The notes under the pieces were generated by a model. The model worked only from the letters and a program-made list of their open reading frames with translations. It ran no database searches and was not told the DNA's origin. A stretch of 64,000 nucleotides of DNA from an uncultured Gammaproteobacteria bacterium (GTDB lineage: Bacteria; Pseudomonadota; Gammaproteobacteria; Pseudomonadales; Azotimanducaceae): assembly GCA_963829065.1 (NCBI GenBank), contig CAWHHK010000015.1, forward strand, positions 90,310-154,309. Direction: 5' to 3'. A program made the translations under genes and the position numbers. The number at the start of each line of letters is the position of its first letter. Within the stretch, counting starts at the first letter, position 1. Below are positions 1 to 12,660 of the stretch, piece by piece.

Positions 1-54
1 CTCGCGGATGCCCCCAAGATTGGTCAAACGCCAAATTTTTGCAGGCTCCACAAG

Positions 55-2469
55 ATGACTGAAACGGTTCTCGCGCTCCCGGTACTGCCGCTGAAGAACA
101 CCGTGGTGTTCCCTGAGCTGGTCGTGCCGCTCGCCGTCGGACGGCCGAAGTCCCTCGCGGCAGTGAAGGCCGCCGCGCAGCACGGTCAGCAACTGCTGAC
201 GGTGGCGCAGCGCGACGCGGAGCAGGAAGCACCGAGTCGCACCGAAATACACGACTTCGGCACGCTCGTGACGATCAAGCGGGTCGAACGGCGCGAGGGC
301 GGCGCCAACGTGATCGTGCAGGGAATCCAGCGCGTGGTTCTGTTGGAGGAACGCAGCAACGACACGCACCTGTTGGTGGGCTTCCGCCCGCTGCCGAACC
401 TCACGGTCGACGAACACGATCCGGACGCTCCGCGCATCGATGCGCTGGTGCGCGAAAACCTCGATCTCGCGCGCGGCATCGCACAGTTGTTCGACGCCGA
501 GAACGGGCTGCAGGTCTTTCAGCAATTGATCGGTTCGATCACCGATCCGATCGTGCAGATGTATCGCATCGCGTCGCTCGCGAACCTCGACGTCGAAAAA
601 GAGCAGGAAGTGCTGGCGGCGCCGACGACGCTTGCGTTGATGGAGAAGATCCACGACATCCTGCTGCACGAGAAGAACGTCAACGAAGTACGCCGCGAAA
701 TCGCCGAGACGGCGAAGCACGACATCGACAAGCAGCAACGCGAACATCTGTTGCGGCAACAGAAGCGCGCCATCGAACAAGCGTTGGGCGAAGAAGGCGG
801 CGGCAGCGAAGAAACCACCGAGTTACGCGAGCAGCTCGCCAAGGCAGGACTACCCGAGGGCGTACAGAAGGAAGTCGACCGCGAACTGAAGCGGCTCGGT
901 CGCATGTCCGAGAACGCCGCCGACTATCAAGTTGCGCGCAGCTACCTCGAGCTGATCGCGGAGTTGCCGTGGAATAACCGCACGGTCGATGCGCTCGATC
1001 TCAAGCACGCGCAGGAAGTGCTCGACGCCGATCACTACGGGCTCGAAGACGTCAAAGATCGGATCCTCGAGAGCCTCGCGGTGATGCAGCTCAACACCGA
1101 AGCCAAAGCGCCGATCATCTGCCTCGTCGGCCCGCCCGGCGTCGGCAAGACGTCGCTCGGCCAATCGATTGCGCGCGCGATGGATCGAAAATTCGAACGC
1201 CTGTCGCTCGGCGGCCTGCACGACGAAGCCGAGTTGCGCGGTCATCGTCGCACCTACATCGGCGCGATGCCGGGCCGCATCATTCAGGCTGTCCGACGCG
1301 CCGGCGTCAGCAATCCGATGCTGATGCTCGACGAAATCGACAAGCTCGGTCGCGATTTTCGCGGCGATCCCGCAGCGGCGTTGATGGAGATCCTCGATCC
1401 GGCGCAGAACAAAGAGTTTCGCGACAACTACCTGAATCTGCCGTTCGACCTGTCGAAAGTATTTTTCATCACGACCGCCAACACGCTCGAGGGCATTCCG
1501 CGTCCGTTGCTCGATCGGATGGAAGTGATGGAACTCACCGGCTACAGCGACCGCGAAAAACGCGAGATCGCGCGCCGCTATCTGATACCGCGGCAGCGCG
1601 CCGAGACCGGCCTCGAAGAGAACCAGCTCGACATTCCCGACGACGTGCTGACGCTGATCATCCGTCGCTACACGCGCGAGGCGGGCGTGCGCGACCTCGA
1701 ACGCGTCATCGGTCGGCTCGCGCGCAAACGCGCGCGGCAGGTGCTCGAGCGCCACAACGGCGAACCGTTGGCGCCGATTGCCGCGGATCGATTGACGACG
1801 CTCGTCGGACCGATGCGCTTTCAATCCGACAAGGGCCGCGAGACGTTGCCGGCCGGCGTTGCGGCGGGGCTGGCGTGGACCGAAGCCGGCGGCGACGTGC
1901 TGTATATCGAAGCGATCCTGACGCACCGCGACGAGCGCGTGATGCTCACCGGTCAGCTCGGCAACGTGATGCAGGAGTCGGCGAAAGCCGCGCGCAGCTA
2001 CATCTGGTCGGCCGCCGAAAAACTCGGCATCGATCGCAAGCGCATCGAAAAGCGCGGCGTGCACATCCACGTGCCGGCCGGCGCGGTGCCGAAGGACGGC
2101 CCGTCGGCGGGTATCACGATGGCGACAGCGCTCGTCTCCGCGTACAGCGAACAACCGATCCGCCCGCATCTGGCGATGACCGGCGAGATCACGCTGTCCG
2201 GGCTCGTGTTGCCGGTCGGCGGCATCAAGGAAAAAGTGCTCGCGGCGCACCGCGCCGGCATGACGCACCTGATCCTGCCGAAGGACAACGAAGCCGACCT
2301 CGACAAGCTGCCCGAGAGCGTGCGCAAGGAACTGTCGATCACGCTCGTCGAACGTCTCGAAGAGGTCATTGCGGTTGCGATTCCGGATCTGCACGGCGAT
2401 GCAAAACGCGCCATACGCGGCGGCGCTCCCGAGCGCAGCGAAAAGAGGGCGGCGAAGCCGTTCGGCTGA
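55..2469 (+). CDS. lon: ATP-dependent Lon protease (LonA type)
   Basis: Intact 804-aa ORF. Has an N-terminal LON substrate-binding region, Walker [10 protein letters not shown], Walker [10 protein letters not shown], and the C-terminal protease motif PKDGPSAG with the catalytic Ser. Confidence 0.97.
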   Translation: MTETVLALPVLPLKNTVVFPELVVPLAVGRPKSLAAVKAAAQHGQQLLTVAQRDAEQEAPSRTEIHDFGTLVTIKRVERREGGANVIVQGIQRVVLLEERSNDTHLLVGFRPLPNLTVDEHDPDAPRIDALVRENLDLARGIAQLFDAENGLQVFQQLIGSITDPIVQMYRIASLANLDVEKEQEVLAAPTTLALMEKIHDILLHEKNVNEVRREIAETAKHDIDKQQREHLLRQQKRAIEQALGEEGGGSEETTELREQLAKAGLPEGVQKEVDRELKRLGRMSENAADYQVARSYLELIAELPWNNRTVDALDLKHAQEVLDADHYGLEDVKDRILESLAVMQLNTEAKAPIICLVGPPGVGKTSLGQSIARAMDRKFERLSLGGLHDEAELRGHRRTYIGAMPGRIIQAVRRAGVSNPMLMLDEIDKLGRDFRGDPAAALMEILDPAQNKEFRDNYLNLPFDLSKVFFITTANTLEGIPRPLLDRMEVMELTGYSDREKREIARRYLIPRQRAETGLEENQLDIPDDVLTLIIRRYTREAGVRDLERVIGRLARKRARQVLERHNGEPLAPIAADRLTTLVGPMRFQSDKGRETLPAGVAAGLAWTEAGGDVLYIEAILTHRDERVMLTGQLGNVMQESAKAARSYIWSAAEKLGIDRKRIEKRGVHIHVPAGAVPKDGPSAGITMATALVSAYSEQPIRPHLAMTGEITLSGLVLPVGGIKEKVLAAHRAGMTHLILPKDNEADLDKLPESVRKELSITLVERLEEVIAVAIPDLHGDAKRAIRGGAPERSEKRAAKPFG

Positions 2470-2540
2470 GCCGCCCCTCGACCGGAACGTTGGGACGTTG
2501 CCGACGCGCGCGGTCCACATTGGTCTACGAGATCTAATGA

Positions 2541-3748
2541 AACGTGACCAGACTGCCGTCCATGGATCTGCGTTGGGTGGTGATCCAGGCATCGGAGCGG
2601 CGCACATTGGAGATGCGCACCTCGTCGATGAGGCCGTTGAAGTAGTCACCGCCACCGCTGCGACGGCCGATGGAAAGTGGCACTGTGCCCGCCACCACCG
2701 GCGTGATCGCGGAGAGGGTGGTGACGTTGGTGCCGTCGGCATAGACCTGCGCGACCACACCGTTGTAGGTCGCCGCCACGTAATGCCAGGCACCGTCATC
2801 GAGTTCGACGATGCCGCGGCCATAGCTGCCACCGCCCGCGACACTGGTGAGTCGATTGACCGCACCTTTGTACTCGAGTTCGTAGCCGGCCGTATCGTTC
2901 CACAGGTTCTTCTTGTCGATGATCCGCGCGCCGTCGATGACGTCGGCGAGCGGCTTTACCCACGCCTCGAGCGTCAGCGTATTAGCCAACGCCAGGCTCG
3001 CCGCATTCACCACACCGATGTAGCTCGACGTGCCGTTGAAGCTGCGCGCGCCGCCTAAGTACCCCGGCACCGCGGTCGTCCCCTGGTTCACCCCGTGATT
3101 GGCATTGCTCGTGGAGTCGTTGAGCGTGCCGTCGAAGTGCCACACCCCTGCATAACCATTGCTCCACACCCCAGCGCGGTTCTGCCCATCCGCCGCCGTC
3201 GGGTTGTTCCAGTACATCGTCATCGAGTCCGTCGTACTGTTCGGCTCGATCCGCGGCACCTTCACCCAGATCAGCGACTCACCCCCCACATTGAACGTCG
3301 CGATCTCGTACGAGAGTACCGTCACCCCATCGGCATCGATGAAGCGCAGATCCGCTCCGTTGGCTTGTACCTGCGTGTAATCGAAGTTCGAAGGCGTCAG
3401 CTTCACCAGCACCGGAAAGTCCACCTGCGCCTCAGCGATCCCGCTGGTATTGAACGTCAGATCCCGCCGCGCTCCCCACGCCGCGTTCCACCAGTTGCCC
3501 TGCACGTTCATCGTCGCCGTCGTGCTCGCCGTCGCACCACTGTTGTCCGTCACGGTCAGCGTGATCGTGTACGTCCCCACCGTCGTGTACACATGTGATG
3601 CCGTCACCCCACTCGCCGTCCCACCATCCCCAAACGTCCACGCATATCCCACAATCGTCCCGTCACTATCACTCGACCCCGACCCATTCACCGCCACCGT
3701 CAACGGCGCCGCCCCCACCAAAGGACTGCGCGTAAACAACACCACCGG
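2541..3748. repeat. Copy A of a 1208-bp near-identical intragenic direct repeat (PKD-DUF2341-LamG coding block)
   Basis: Aligns base for base with 6936..8143 at an offset of 4395 bp. By eye I saw only 3 mismatches: one at 3421 and two near 3550-3556. Confidence 0.9.
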
Positions 3749-6700
3749 CGCTACGTTCGCTGCCGTGACGGTGATTGTGAGTTCATCGAAGCTCGTGTAC
3801 TGGCCGTCGTTGGCGGTCAGCCGCAGCACATAGGTACCGGCGGTCGGGAACACCACGTGGGTGTGCGCCTGGTTGGCGTCATTGAGCGGCCACGTCGGTG
3901 TCGCCGGTCCGCTTTGCGACGTCCATTGCAGCGTCACCGCACCCGGCGGGCTCGGCCACCCGTCATCAACCACCGCGGCTTGAAGGTCCAACGTCTGCCC
4001 AACAGCGAGCGTCTGGTCCACCCCAACGTTCACACTGGGGGGCTGATTGATCGGCGGCGCGAGCACATTGAAGCCAACCGTCGCCGTCGCACCCGCCAGC
4101 ACAGCGTTCTGCGCATCCTCGAGTTGCGCCACAACGGTGTGCCCCCCCGGCACCACATCGTTGAACGTGTAACTCCCCGTCGGGTTCACAATCACGACCC
4201 CAACTCCATCGAACAACAACCGCACGTGGTCATAACCACTGCCGATGTTGTTCCTCACAACGAGCGCCAACCCCACATTGCCGCCCCAGCTACCGGTGGA
4301 AGGCGACGGGATCACCGTGGCCCCGCCACTCGAGGTCACGTTTCCGGTCGAAATGAGCGCACCATTCCGCGGATCGTAGAACTTGTAGTTGTAAGTCCCC
4401 GCAGGCGATAGCACGAGGTTCACGTCGGTCGCAACGGGCGTACCCCAGAAGTAGACGACATATTCGTTCCCCGGGTTGGCGAGCACTTGATGATTCGCGC
4501 CGCTCGGGCCAGCGCTGACGAGCGAGTCGTATTCGGTACCATTCGTATCTACCGGCGACAATCGCGCCCAGATTCGCCAACGTGTCGACCACGTCGCGGA
4601 GCACCTTGATGCGCGTCCCGACCTGATCCCAATTCGCGATGGATTGATGCAGGTTGTACCAACCGAGCGTGCTGCCACTCAGGAATAATCCCCACATCTC
4701 CTTCGTGGTCTCGTCCAAGCCGACGCTGTCGAGCGCCCACTGCGCCGACGGCGTGAGCCACCAATTCGAGGGGCGAACGTAGAAGTCGTACAGGCCACTC
4801 TCATTCGTTTCGAACAATTTGCCTTTCAGTTGCGCAGCGTGCATATCCGCGGAGATCGCGCCGGGATCGACACTCGGGAAATGCGAATTCAGAACGTTGG
4901 CGCTGGCGTCATTCCACAGGTCGGAGTAGTGATCGGAGATGCCGTCCGTATCGACCTCGACGCTCACCGGCCGAGCCGTGTTGGCGCGCAGGTACGCCGC
5001 CCAATACCGCAGGTATGCCGTCACCGTTGAGGCAGCGGGCTGAGCACATGAAGAGTAAGCCTCGTTATGGACTTCGAAATACACATTCGGGTAGGTGCCG
5101 AGCTCAGCCAGGACCTTGTCGTACAAGCGCCTTTGATAGTCGAATACCGTGCGCCCGCTCGATGACGTCTCGGCGTAGGTCGGATCGAACCACTGCGGCG
5201 AGAAATTCGAGTTCGTGTTGCTCGTGAAAGCGTTATTCGAATTGTTCGCCTTGTTGTACTGAATCGGCCGATCGATCCCTGAAGGTCCCGCGTTGTTCCA
5301 GACCGACGTGCACCCCGGATAGAGCGAGGACATGTTGATCTCGACAATGACGTTGCGCGCCAGGGCCTTGTCGAGAAAATCTCTCGTCGTGGACCAATAC
5401 GTCGAATCCCAAGTGTCGAGATCGTACTGCTGCGTCCCGCTGTTGTACGCGTACGGGCGCCGCACGCTGCGCAGATCGAGCGGGTCGATGAAGATCCGCA
5501 CTTTATTGATTCGGTACACCTGGAATTTGTCCAACAACGCCGTGTAGTCGAACCACGTCGAGTCCGCATGGATCTCTTGCGTGTCGCCGCCGACCAGATA
5601 GCGAGCAACACCGTTGTACGCGAACCACCGGCCCTGCTGCCGAAGTGCGTTGGCGTCGTTCGCCGGTAGCATCGTCCACGGCGCTTCAGTGGCCACGGCG
5701 CCATTCGCGATCGCGAAATTCACGGAAATGCTCGGGCCGAACACCGACCCGTCTTGTGCCGGTGTGGTCAGCGTCACCGTCGGTGCCGCGTTGATCGCGA
5801 CGTTCACCGGCGTCGAGACGGTGCTGGCGTTGCCGTCGTCGACCGCCACCGCCGTGAGCGTGTGAACGCCGACCGATGCGCCAACCCACGTCATTGCGTA
5901 AGGCGCCGACGCAACGCTGCCGATCAACCCCCCATCGGCGTAGAAATCCACCCGCACCACGTTGCCGTCGCTATCGGCTGCGTTGGCCGTGAGCGCAATG
6001 CTCGTCACGTTGTAGGCGAACACGGCACCATCGACTGGAGCGCCGAGCGACACCGTCGGCCGTGCGTTCGGCGTGAAGACGGTTACGGTGAGTTCGCCGA
6101 AGCTCGTGTACTGACCGTCGTTGGCGGTCAGCCGCAGCACATAGGTGCCGGCAGTCGGGAATACCACGTGGGTGTGCGCCTGGTTGGCGTCATTGAGCGG
6201 CCATGTCGGTGTCGCCGGTCCGCTCTGCGAAGTCCATTGCAGCGTCACCGCACCCGGCGGGTTCGGCCAGCCGTCATCAACCACCGCGGCTTGAAGGTCC
6301 AACGTCTGCCCAACAGCAAGCGTCTGGTCCACCCCAACGTTCACACTGGGGGGCTGATTGATCGGCGGCGCGAGCACATTAAAGCCAACCGTCGCGTCGT
6401 CGCACCCGCCAGCACAGCGTTCTGCGCATCCTCGAGTTGCGCCACAACGGTGTGCCCCCCCGGCGCCACGTTGGTAAACGTGTAACTCCCCGGCGGGTTC
6501 GCAATCGCGACCCCAACTCCATCCAGCAACAGCCGCACGTGGTCATAACCACTGCCGATGAGCGTGTAGTTCGCGGTGATGTTCGGACCGAACATCGACG
6601 CGCCTTGTAGGGGAGCCGTCAACGTCACCGTCGGCGCCGCACTGATCGTGATGTTCACCGGGGTAGAGATGGTGCTGGCGTTGCCATTGTCGACGGCCAC

Positions 6701-6935
6701 CGCCGTGACTGTGTGGGCGCCGACCGGTGGACCCACCCACGTCATGCCGTACGGCGCCGTGGCGGCGCTACCGATCAGCCCACCATCGGCATAGAAGTCC
6801 ACCCGCACCACGTTGCCGTCGCTATCGGCTGCATTGGCCGTAATCGCGATGCTCGTCACGGTGTAGGCGAAGGCGGCCCCATTCGTCGGCGCGCTGAGCG
6901 ACACCGTCGGTCGTGCGTTGCTGACGCCAGCACCG

Positions 6936-8143
6936 AACGTGACCAGACTGCCGTCCATGGATCTGCGTTGGGTGGTGATCCAGGCATCGGAGCGGCGCAC
7001 ATTGGAGATGCGCACCTCGTCGATGAGGCCGTTGAAGTAGTCACCGCCACCGCTGCGACGGCCGATGGAAAGTGGCACTGTGCCCGCCACCACCGGCGTG
7101 ATCGCGGAGAGGGTGGTGACGTTGGTGCCGTCGGCATAGACCTGCGCGACCACACCGTTGTAGGTCGCCGCCACGTAATGCCAGGCACCGTCATCGAGTT
7201 CGACGATGCCGCGGCCATAGCTGCCACCGCCCGCGACACTGGTGAGTCGATTGACCGCACCTTTGTACTCGAGTTCGTAGCCGGCCGTATCGTTCCACAG
7301 GTTCTTCTTGTCGATGATCCGCGCGCCGTCGATGACGTCGGCGAGCGGCTTTACCCACGCCTCGAGCGTCAGCGTATTAGCCAACGCCAGGCTCGCCGCA
7401 TTCACCACACCGATGTAGCTCGACGTGCCGTTGAAGCTGCGCGCGCCGCCTAAGTACCCCGGCACCGCGGTCGTCCCCTGGTTCACCCCGTGATTGGCAT
7501 TGCTCGTGGAGTCGTTGAGCGTGCCGTCGAAGTGCCACACCCCTGCATAACCATTGCTCCACACCCCAGCGCGGTTCTGCCCATCCGCCGCCGTCGGGTT
7601 GTTCCAGTACATCGTCATCGAGTCCGTCGTACTGTTCGGCTCGATCCGCGGCACCTTCACCCAGATCAGCGACTCACCCCCCACATTGAACGTCGCGATC
7701 TCGTACGAGAGTACCGTCACCCCATCGGCATCGATGAAGCGCAGATCCGCTCCGTTGGCTTGTACCTGCGTGTAATCGAAGTTCGAAGGCGTCAGCTTCA
7801 CCAGCACCGGAAAGTTCACCTGCGCCTCAGCGATCCCGCTGGTATTGAACGTCAGATCCCGCCGCGCTCCCCACGCCGCGTTCCACCAGTTGCCCTGCAC
7901 GTTCATCGTCGCCGTCGTGCTCGCCGTCGCACCACTGTTGTCCGTCACCGTCAACGTGATCGTGTACGTCCCCACCGTCGTGTACACATGTGATGCCGTC
8001 ACCCCACTCGCCGTCCCACCATCCCCAAACGTCCACGCATATCCCACAATCGTCCCGTCACTATCACTCGACCCCGACCCATTCACCGCCACCGTCAACG
8101 GCGCCGCCCCCACCAAAGGACTGCGCGTAAACAACACCACCGG
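6936..8143. repeat. Copy B of the 1208-bp near-identical intragenic direct repeat
   Basis: See copy A. A second, more diverged repeat pair (about 470 bp, some mismatches and one 2-bp indel) is 3780..4247 versus 6091..6560. Confidence 0.9.
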
Positions 8144-10022
8144 TGGCACATTGGGATTCACTTGGACGATTTCGAAGCCCGAAGCGAGGTTGCCGGCGCC
8201 ATTAGCCACATCGAGGCGAGTGCCGCCGCGTCCAGGCGGAAACTGCATCTGCTTGCCAGGGTTATACAGCACACGTTTGACGCCGCCGTTGGCGAGCACG
8301 ACATAGAGTCCGCCGTCGATCGGATTCGTGGACATCTGCACGACCGGACCGGCCGCGTCGTCGAACGGCAACACCGCCTGAACCCGGTTGTTGGCATCCA
8401 GCACGAATCGACGTATCCAACCCGTCGCCGAGTCGGCGTGGAAATAGGTATTGCGGTATTCCGCCGGGAAGTCCGTTCCCGAGTACCACACGCCGCCGGT
8501 CGACGCGCGACCCGAGAACATCGATCCGGTCACGCCATTCGTCCCGACGTCGAAATGCTGACCGGTGGCGTTCGACCAGCGCGCCGTCTCAGTGTCGTAA
8601 CTCCAATCGATCTCGGGTTTCTGATGCGTGTGCGTAGGAACGGTCGATGGAATGTCGACGGCACCATTGCACGGGTTCTTCAGCGGCAGCGATCCATACG
8701 CGCCGATGAGATCCTGGAACGAGAAATACGGCTGCGTGCAGCTACCGCTGCCGAACAGTGGATTCGGTGTGTCGCGGTTGACCGTGATCGCGGACGAATA
8801 GCCCGGATGCGGGTCCATTCCCTCGAAACGCGGCGCACCGAAGTTGTCGCCGCCGAACCGCGCGACGTTGAACTCCTCCCACCCGTTCATACCCGTATCG
8901 CCGATCAGCACCACGCCGGGCGCACCATCGTTGGGGTTGTGGCTTCCGCTACCGGGGACCAGCGCAATTCGCAACGGATCACGCAGGCCCAGCGACCAGA
9001 CGCGCGACCGCGCTGCGCGCGGGGCGAGTGGGTCGTACCACGGATTGGTGCTCACGCCATCGCCGGTCATCGGGTCGATGCGAATTACTTTGCCGCTCAG
9101 GGAGTTGACCATCTGCGCGCGATACGCGCCGACGTTCTCCGCGGCACGGATGATCGGCGGCGACGTCCCGGTGAGCGCCTGATTCCAGTAAGTGTCGCTC
9201 GCACTTCCCGTGTCGATGACGACGTCGCTCGCACCATCTCCACAGGTCGCAAATAGCGTCTCGTCATCGCCGAACAGCAGGCTGCCGACACCATGGGATT
9301 GAAACAGGATCGGACATCCGGAAGCTGCCGTTTCCCCGAGCATGACGCGGCGGGACAACGGGTCGACCGACGTCGCGTTCAGATAGTCGCTCGCCCCGGC
9401 CGGCAGGTTCGCCTTGTAGCGCGTGATGCGCCCGATCGTCGCGGAGGAATAGTCGGTCGTCGTCGCACTGCAACTGGGATCATGAATCGACGCGTCACAG
9501 TTGAGCAGGTGATCGCGGTCGACGACGTACAGCAGATAGACGTAACCGTTGAACTTGAAATTCGGATGCAGCGCGAAACCGAGCAGTCCATGGTCGCCCC
9601 ACGATCCCACCTCATTGCTGAGGTCGATGAACGGCGTTGCGCTCTTGACGCCGTTGTCGACGCTCCAGACGCGGCCCGCGCGTTCCCACACAAACATGCG
9701 GCCGGACGACGTGAAGGTGGCTCCCACCGCGTCGACCCATCCGCTCGCAACGTCTTGGTAGCTGAAGCCCGACGGTGGAGCAGCAACGGCAGTCGCTACC
9801 AGAGCGCCGCAAGCCAGCCCCGTCAACGCGAATAGCGACGCAACGAACAGATGGAACCGGCGATCGACTTGCGCGCGCGTCGGCCGCATTGAGCTGCTAC
9901 TCAGCCATCCGGCAGCATCGAATCCTTTCGATCGCCACGGGTCCTTGATTATCCGAGCGCGGGCCACGCACCCGTATCCGATTTGGATTCTGGCTACTCC
10001 TCTCCAAGCGCGCAACCAACCA

Positions 10023-10640
10023 TCAGGTCGGTGTCCGCGACGCCGCAAGCCCGACCCAGAACTGCGCGACGCCGTTGAGGAACATCTGGATCGCGAGCAG
10101 CACGAGCAGCATGCCCATCAGCCGCTCGAGCGCGCGCAAACCGCGATCACCGAGCGCTTTCATGAACCACGGCGAGCACGCGAGGATCGCGGTGGCCGCG
10201 GTCCACGCGAGCACGAGCGCAAGACACCATTGCCAGATTTTCTCGGGATGCGCCGACGACTGCAGCAGCAGGATCGCAATCGTCGAAGGGCCGGCCACGC
10301 CGGGCATTGCCAGCGGAACGATGAATGGGTCGACGACCTCGTCGTCTTCGCCGCCCGTCGGCCTCGGGAAGATCATTTTCAGCGCAATGATGAAGAGCAG
10401 AATGCCGCCGGAGAGTGTCACCGTCGACTGCGTCAACCCGAGAAACGTCATCACCGGATTGCCGGCGAACAGGAAGAACAACAGGATCGCGAGCGCGATG
10501 AGCAGTTCTCGCGCGACGATCTTCGAACGCGCCTTTGGCTCGAACCGCGACAACACTGCGTTGAAGATCGGAATGTTGCCGAGCGGATCCATGACGAAGA
10601 ACAACGTCACCGCGACCTTGAGAACGTCGGCGTAGTTCAC
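10023..10640 (-). CDS. MarC family (UPF0056) integral membrane protein
   Basis: Intact 205-aa ORF with a GTG start. Six hydrophobic segments. N-terminal FFVMDPLGNIPIF and central PLAMPGVAGPSTI motifs are typical of MarC/YhgN. Confidence 0.85.
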   Translation of the reverse strand: MNYADVLKVAVTLFFVMDPLGNIPIFNAVLSRFEPKARSKIVARELLIALAILLFFLFAGNPVMTFLGLTQSTVTLSGGILLFIIALKMIFPRPTGGEDDEVVDPFIVPLAMPGVAGPSTIAILLLQSSAHPEKIWQWCLALVLAWTAATAILACSPWFMKALGDRGLRALERLMGMLLVLLAIQMFLNGVAQFWVGLAASRTPT

Positions 10641-10665
10641 TGCGCGGCGTCCTGGCGGTGCTCGT

Positions 10666-12571
10666 TAGATGGAATCGACGACCGCTTCGAACGCAGCCAC
10701 GCGCGGCTCGAGACGATCGATCGTGTCACGCCAGAAATCCGGACCATCCAGCGCCGCATCGAGGTGCCTGACGCGCCAGCGGTTCGGCGTTCATGCGCCC
10801 GGTGTCGCGCAGCAACGCGACGTAGCGCTGATAAAAGTCCGGTCCCCCGGTTGCGCGGCGCAGGTACACGCCCATGCTGAACAGATAACCGAACAGATAC
10901 GGGAAGTTGTAGAACGACAGGCCCGAGATGAAGAAGTGCAGCTTCGACGCCCAGAACATCGGGTCCGGCTCGGAACACGCATCGCCATACCATTCCTGCC
11001 ATGCCTGCGACATCAGCGCCTCGAGTTCCGCCGGCCTGAGCGGGCGCTCGTCGCGCTTCTCGTAGAACGACTTCTCGAAGCTGAAACGCGCCGGAATGTT
11101 CAGCATGAACGACGGTATCGCGGCGATTTCTTCCCACATGATTTCGAATTTCTCGCGCGGCGTGCCGGCGCGCGCCAGCAGCGCGTCGCGCACCGCGGTT
11201 TCGCCGAACGTACTCGCGGTCTCCGCGAGCGACATGCCATAGCTGCGCTGACTATCCGGCAGGTCCCGCATCACCCACGAGTGGAATGCGTGACCCAGCT
11301 CGTGCGCCAGCGTAATGACGTCAGACTGCGAGCCCTGATACGTCATGTAGACGCGCGGCGTCCGCGACTTCTCGAATCCGGTGCAATAGGCGCCGGGACG
11401 TTTGCGCGAGCTGACGGTACCCTCGATCCAGGATTTATCCCGCATCATCCGCACGAAGTCGGCCATCGTCGCATCGACCTCGCCGTACGCATCGGCGATC
11501 AGCTCGATCGCAGTGTCGAACGGTATCGGGCGCTCGTCGCCCGACAGCAGCGGCGCCGGCGCGCGCATGTCCCACGGCCCGATCTGCTCGCGACCGCTCG
11601 CGCGCGCCATCGCTCTCGCGGCGCGGCGCGCCAGCGGGCGCGCGTCGACGGTCGCGTCCAACAGTGCATCCAAGGTGCGGCGCTCGAGCCGATTCATGTG
11701 CACCGGCGCGTCGAGGAAATGCACCGGTCGCGTTTTCGAACGCTTACGATTCATCTCCAGACGCCATCCGGCGATCGCATTGATCGCCGCGGCGCACGAT
11801 TCCTGGTGCGTCCGCCACGCCGCGTTGATGCCGAGCCACGCGTCTTTGCGCGTGCGTTCGTCCGCCTTCTGCAGCAGCCCGCCCGCCTCCGCCACACCCA
11901 TGGATCGCAGCTCGTTGCCGACCTGCACCTGACACGTCATCGTCGACGACAGCTGGCTGTACATGCGGCCCCACGCGTGAATGCCGTCCTGCGAAAGCCC
12001 TCCGACGAGATTCTCTTCGGCGAGGCTGAGCCGCTCGTGCCGCCGTTCGCGCCCATGCCTGACTTTGAATGCCGAGTGCGCGACGGTGGGATCAGCCAGA
12101 TACGCATCGACGATCTCGTCGGAGACCAGGTCCAGATACTCGGACCACGGCTCGAGCAACTCGCTGTAGCGTTTCTGGTACTTCTGCAAGCGTCCCTGCA
12201 GCGCCTGCGCCGCGTCGTCCTGCGCGTCGACGGACAACAGGCAGTTCGCGTACGTCAGCGGATTGCTGAGCAATGGGCCGGCGCGTTCGGCGAGGCGGGC
12301 CACCTGCTGCGCGACCGCAAGACTCGCACCCGCCGTCGTGAGCGAGAGGCCCGCCGCGCCGGGCAGCGCGTCGATCAACGTCGGATTGAGCGCCTCGATC
12401 TGATCGAGCAGGTCGCTCAGATGCGTGCAGATCCGCGACCAACTCGGCAGAATCCGGCCCGCGATACTCGCTCACGAGATCCCAGCTCGGTCCCGCTACG
12501 GCGCGCCCCTCGAATGAACCGTCGGCAGCGTTGGCGGCGATCGGCATGGCGGCGGTATGCGGAGGGATCAT
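10666..12571 (-). pseudogene. pepF: Oligoendopeptidase F family (M3B) metallopeptidase, frame disrupted at least twice
   Basis: Main ORF 10726..12378 carries the zinc motif HELGHAFHS. The N-terminal piece (MIPPHTAAMPIAAN..WDLVSEYRG) is in ORF 12092..12634, with a switch near 12400. A C-terminal switch near 10770 restores ..HLDAALDGPDFWRDTIDRLEPRVAAFEAVVDSI-stop at 10666. GGGAGA lies 7 nt before the ATG at 12571. Confidence 0.85.
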
Positions 12572-12660
12572 GAGGATTCTCCCGTGTGGCTTGCGCGAGA
12601 ATTTGCCAGTCCCGGCGGGAGCGGCTAACGTCACTACCCGCGCTCAATCAGGCAAAACGA

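Larger units (their letters stand above)
2534..9889 (-). pseudogene. Secreted multidomain protein, ~2450 aa if read through. Order: signal peptide, PQQ-type sugar dehydrogenase-like beta-propeller, PKD, DUF2341, LamG, Ig-like/PKD-like modules, GH5/GH140-like TIM barrel, then a second PKD-DUF2341-LamG block. Two frame disruptions.
   Basis: Minus-strand ORFs 6341..10048, 4290..6377 and 2534..4678 join into one protein. One frame switch is near 6390-6400, a 2-bp difference from the paralogous copy at about 4070-4100. The other is near 4555-4562 (..TLANLGAI / SPVDTNGTEY..). ATG at 9889 gives the signal peptide MRPTRAQVDRRFHLFVASLFALTGLACGALVATAVA. Domain calls are from motif recall: WTFGDGG..H.Y..G.Y (PKD), NWWNAAW..RR.L.F (DUF2341), GVWHFDG..D.S.N..HG (LamG) and EVHNEAY (clan GH-A acid/base). 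Confidence 0.75.

Noticed and set aside
850-2865. Very long ORFs antisense to or overlapping well-supported genes. Examples: 850..2865 (-) opposite lon, 10669..12573 (+) opposite pepF, 14070..16952 (+) as a single 960-aa ORF, 43681..45513 (-) and 45514..46620 (-) opposite the ABC exporters, and 22274..23164 (-) opposite the TonB receptor.
   Set aside because: Their translations are Arg/Ala/Pro-rich and low in complexity, with no family motifs. This is typical of shadow ORFs in high-GC DNA, where stop codons are rare. The opposite or alternative frames carry clear conserved proteins.
2541-8143. 1.2-kb near-identical direct repeats considered as flanking copies of a composite transposon or IS
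   Set aside because: Both copies encode in-frame PKD-DUF2341-LamG domains of the same protein. There is no transposase, no terminal inverted repeats and no target duplication.
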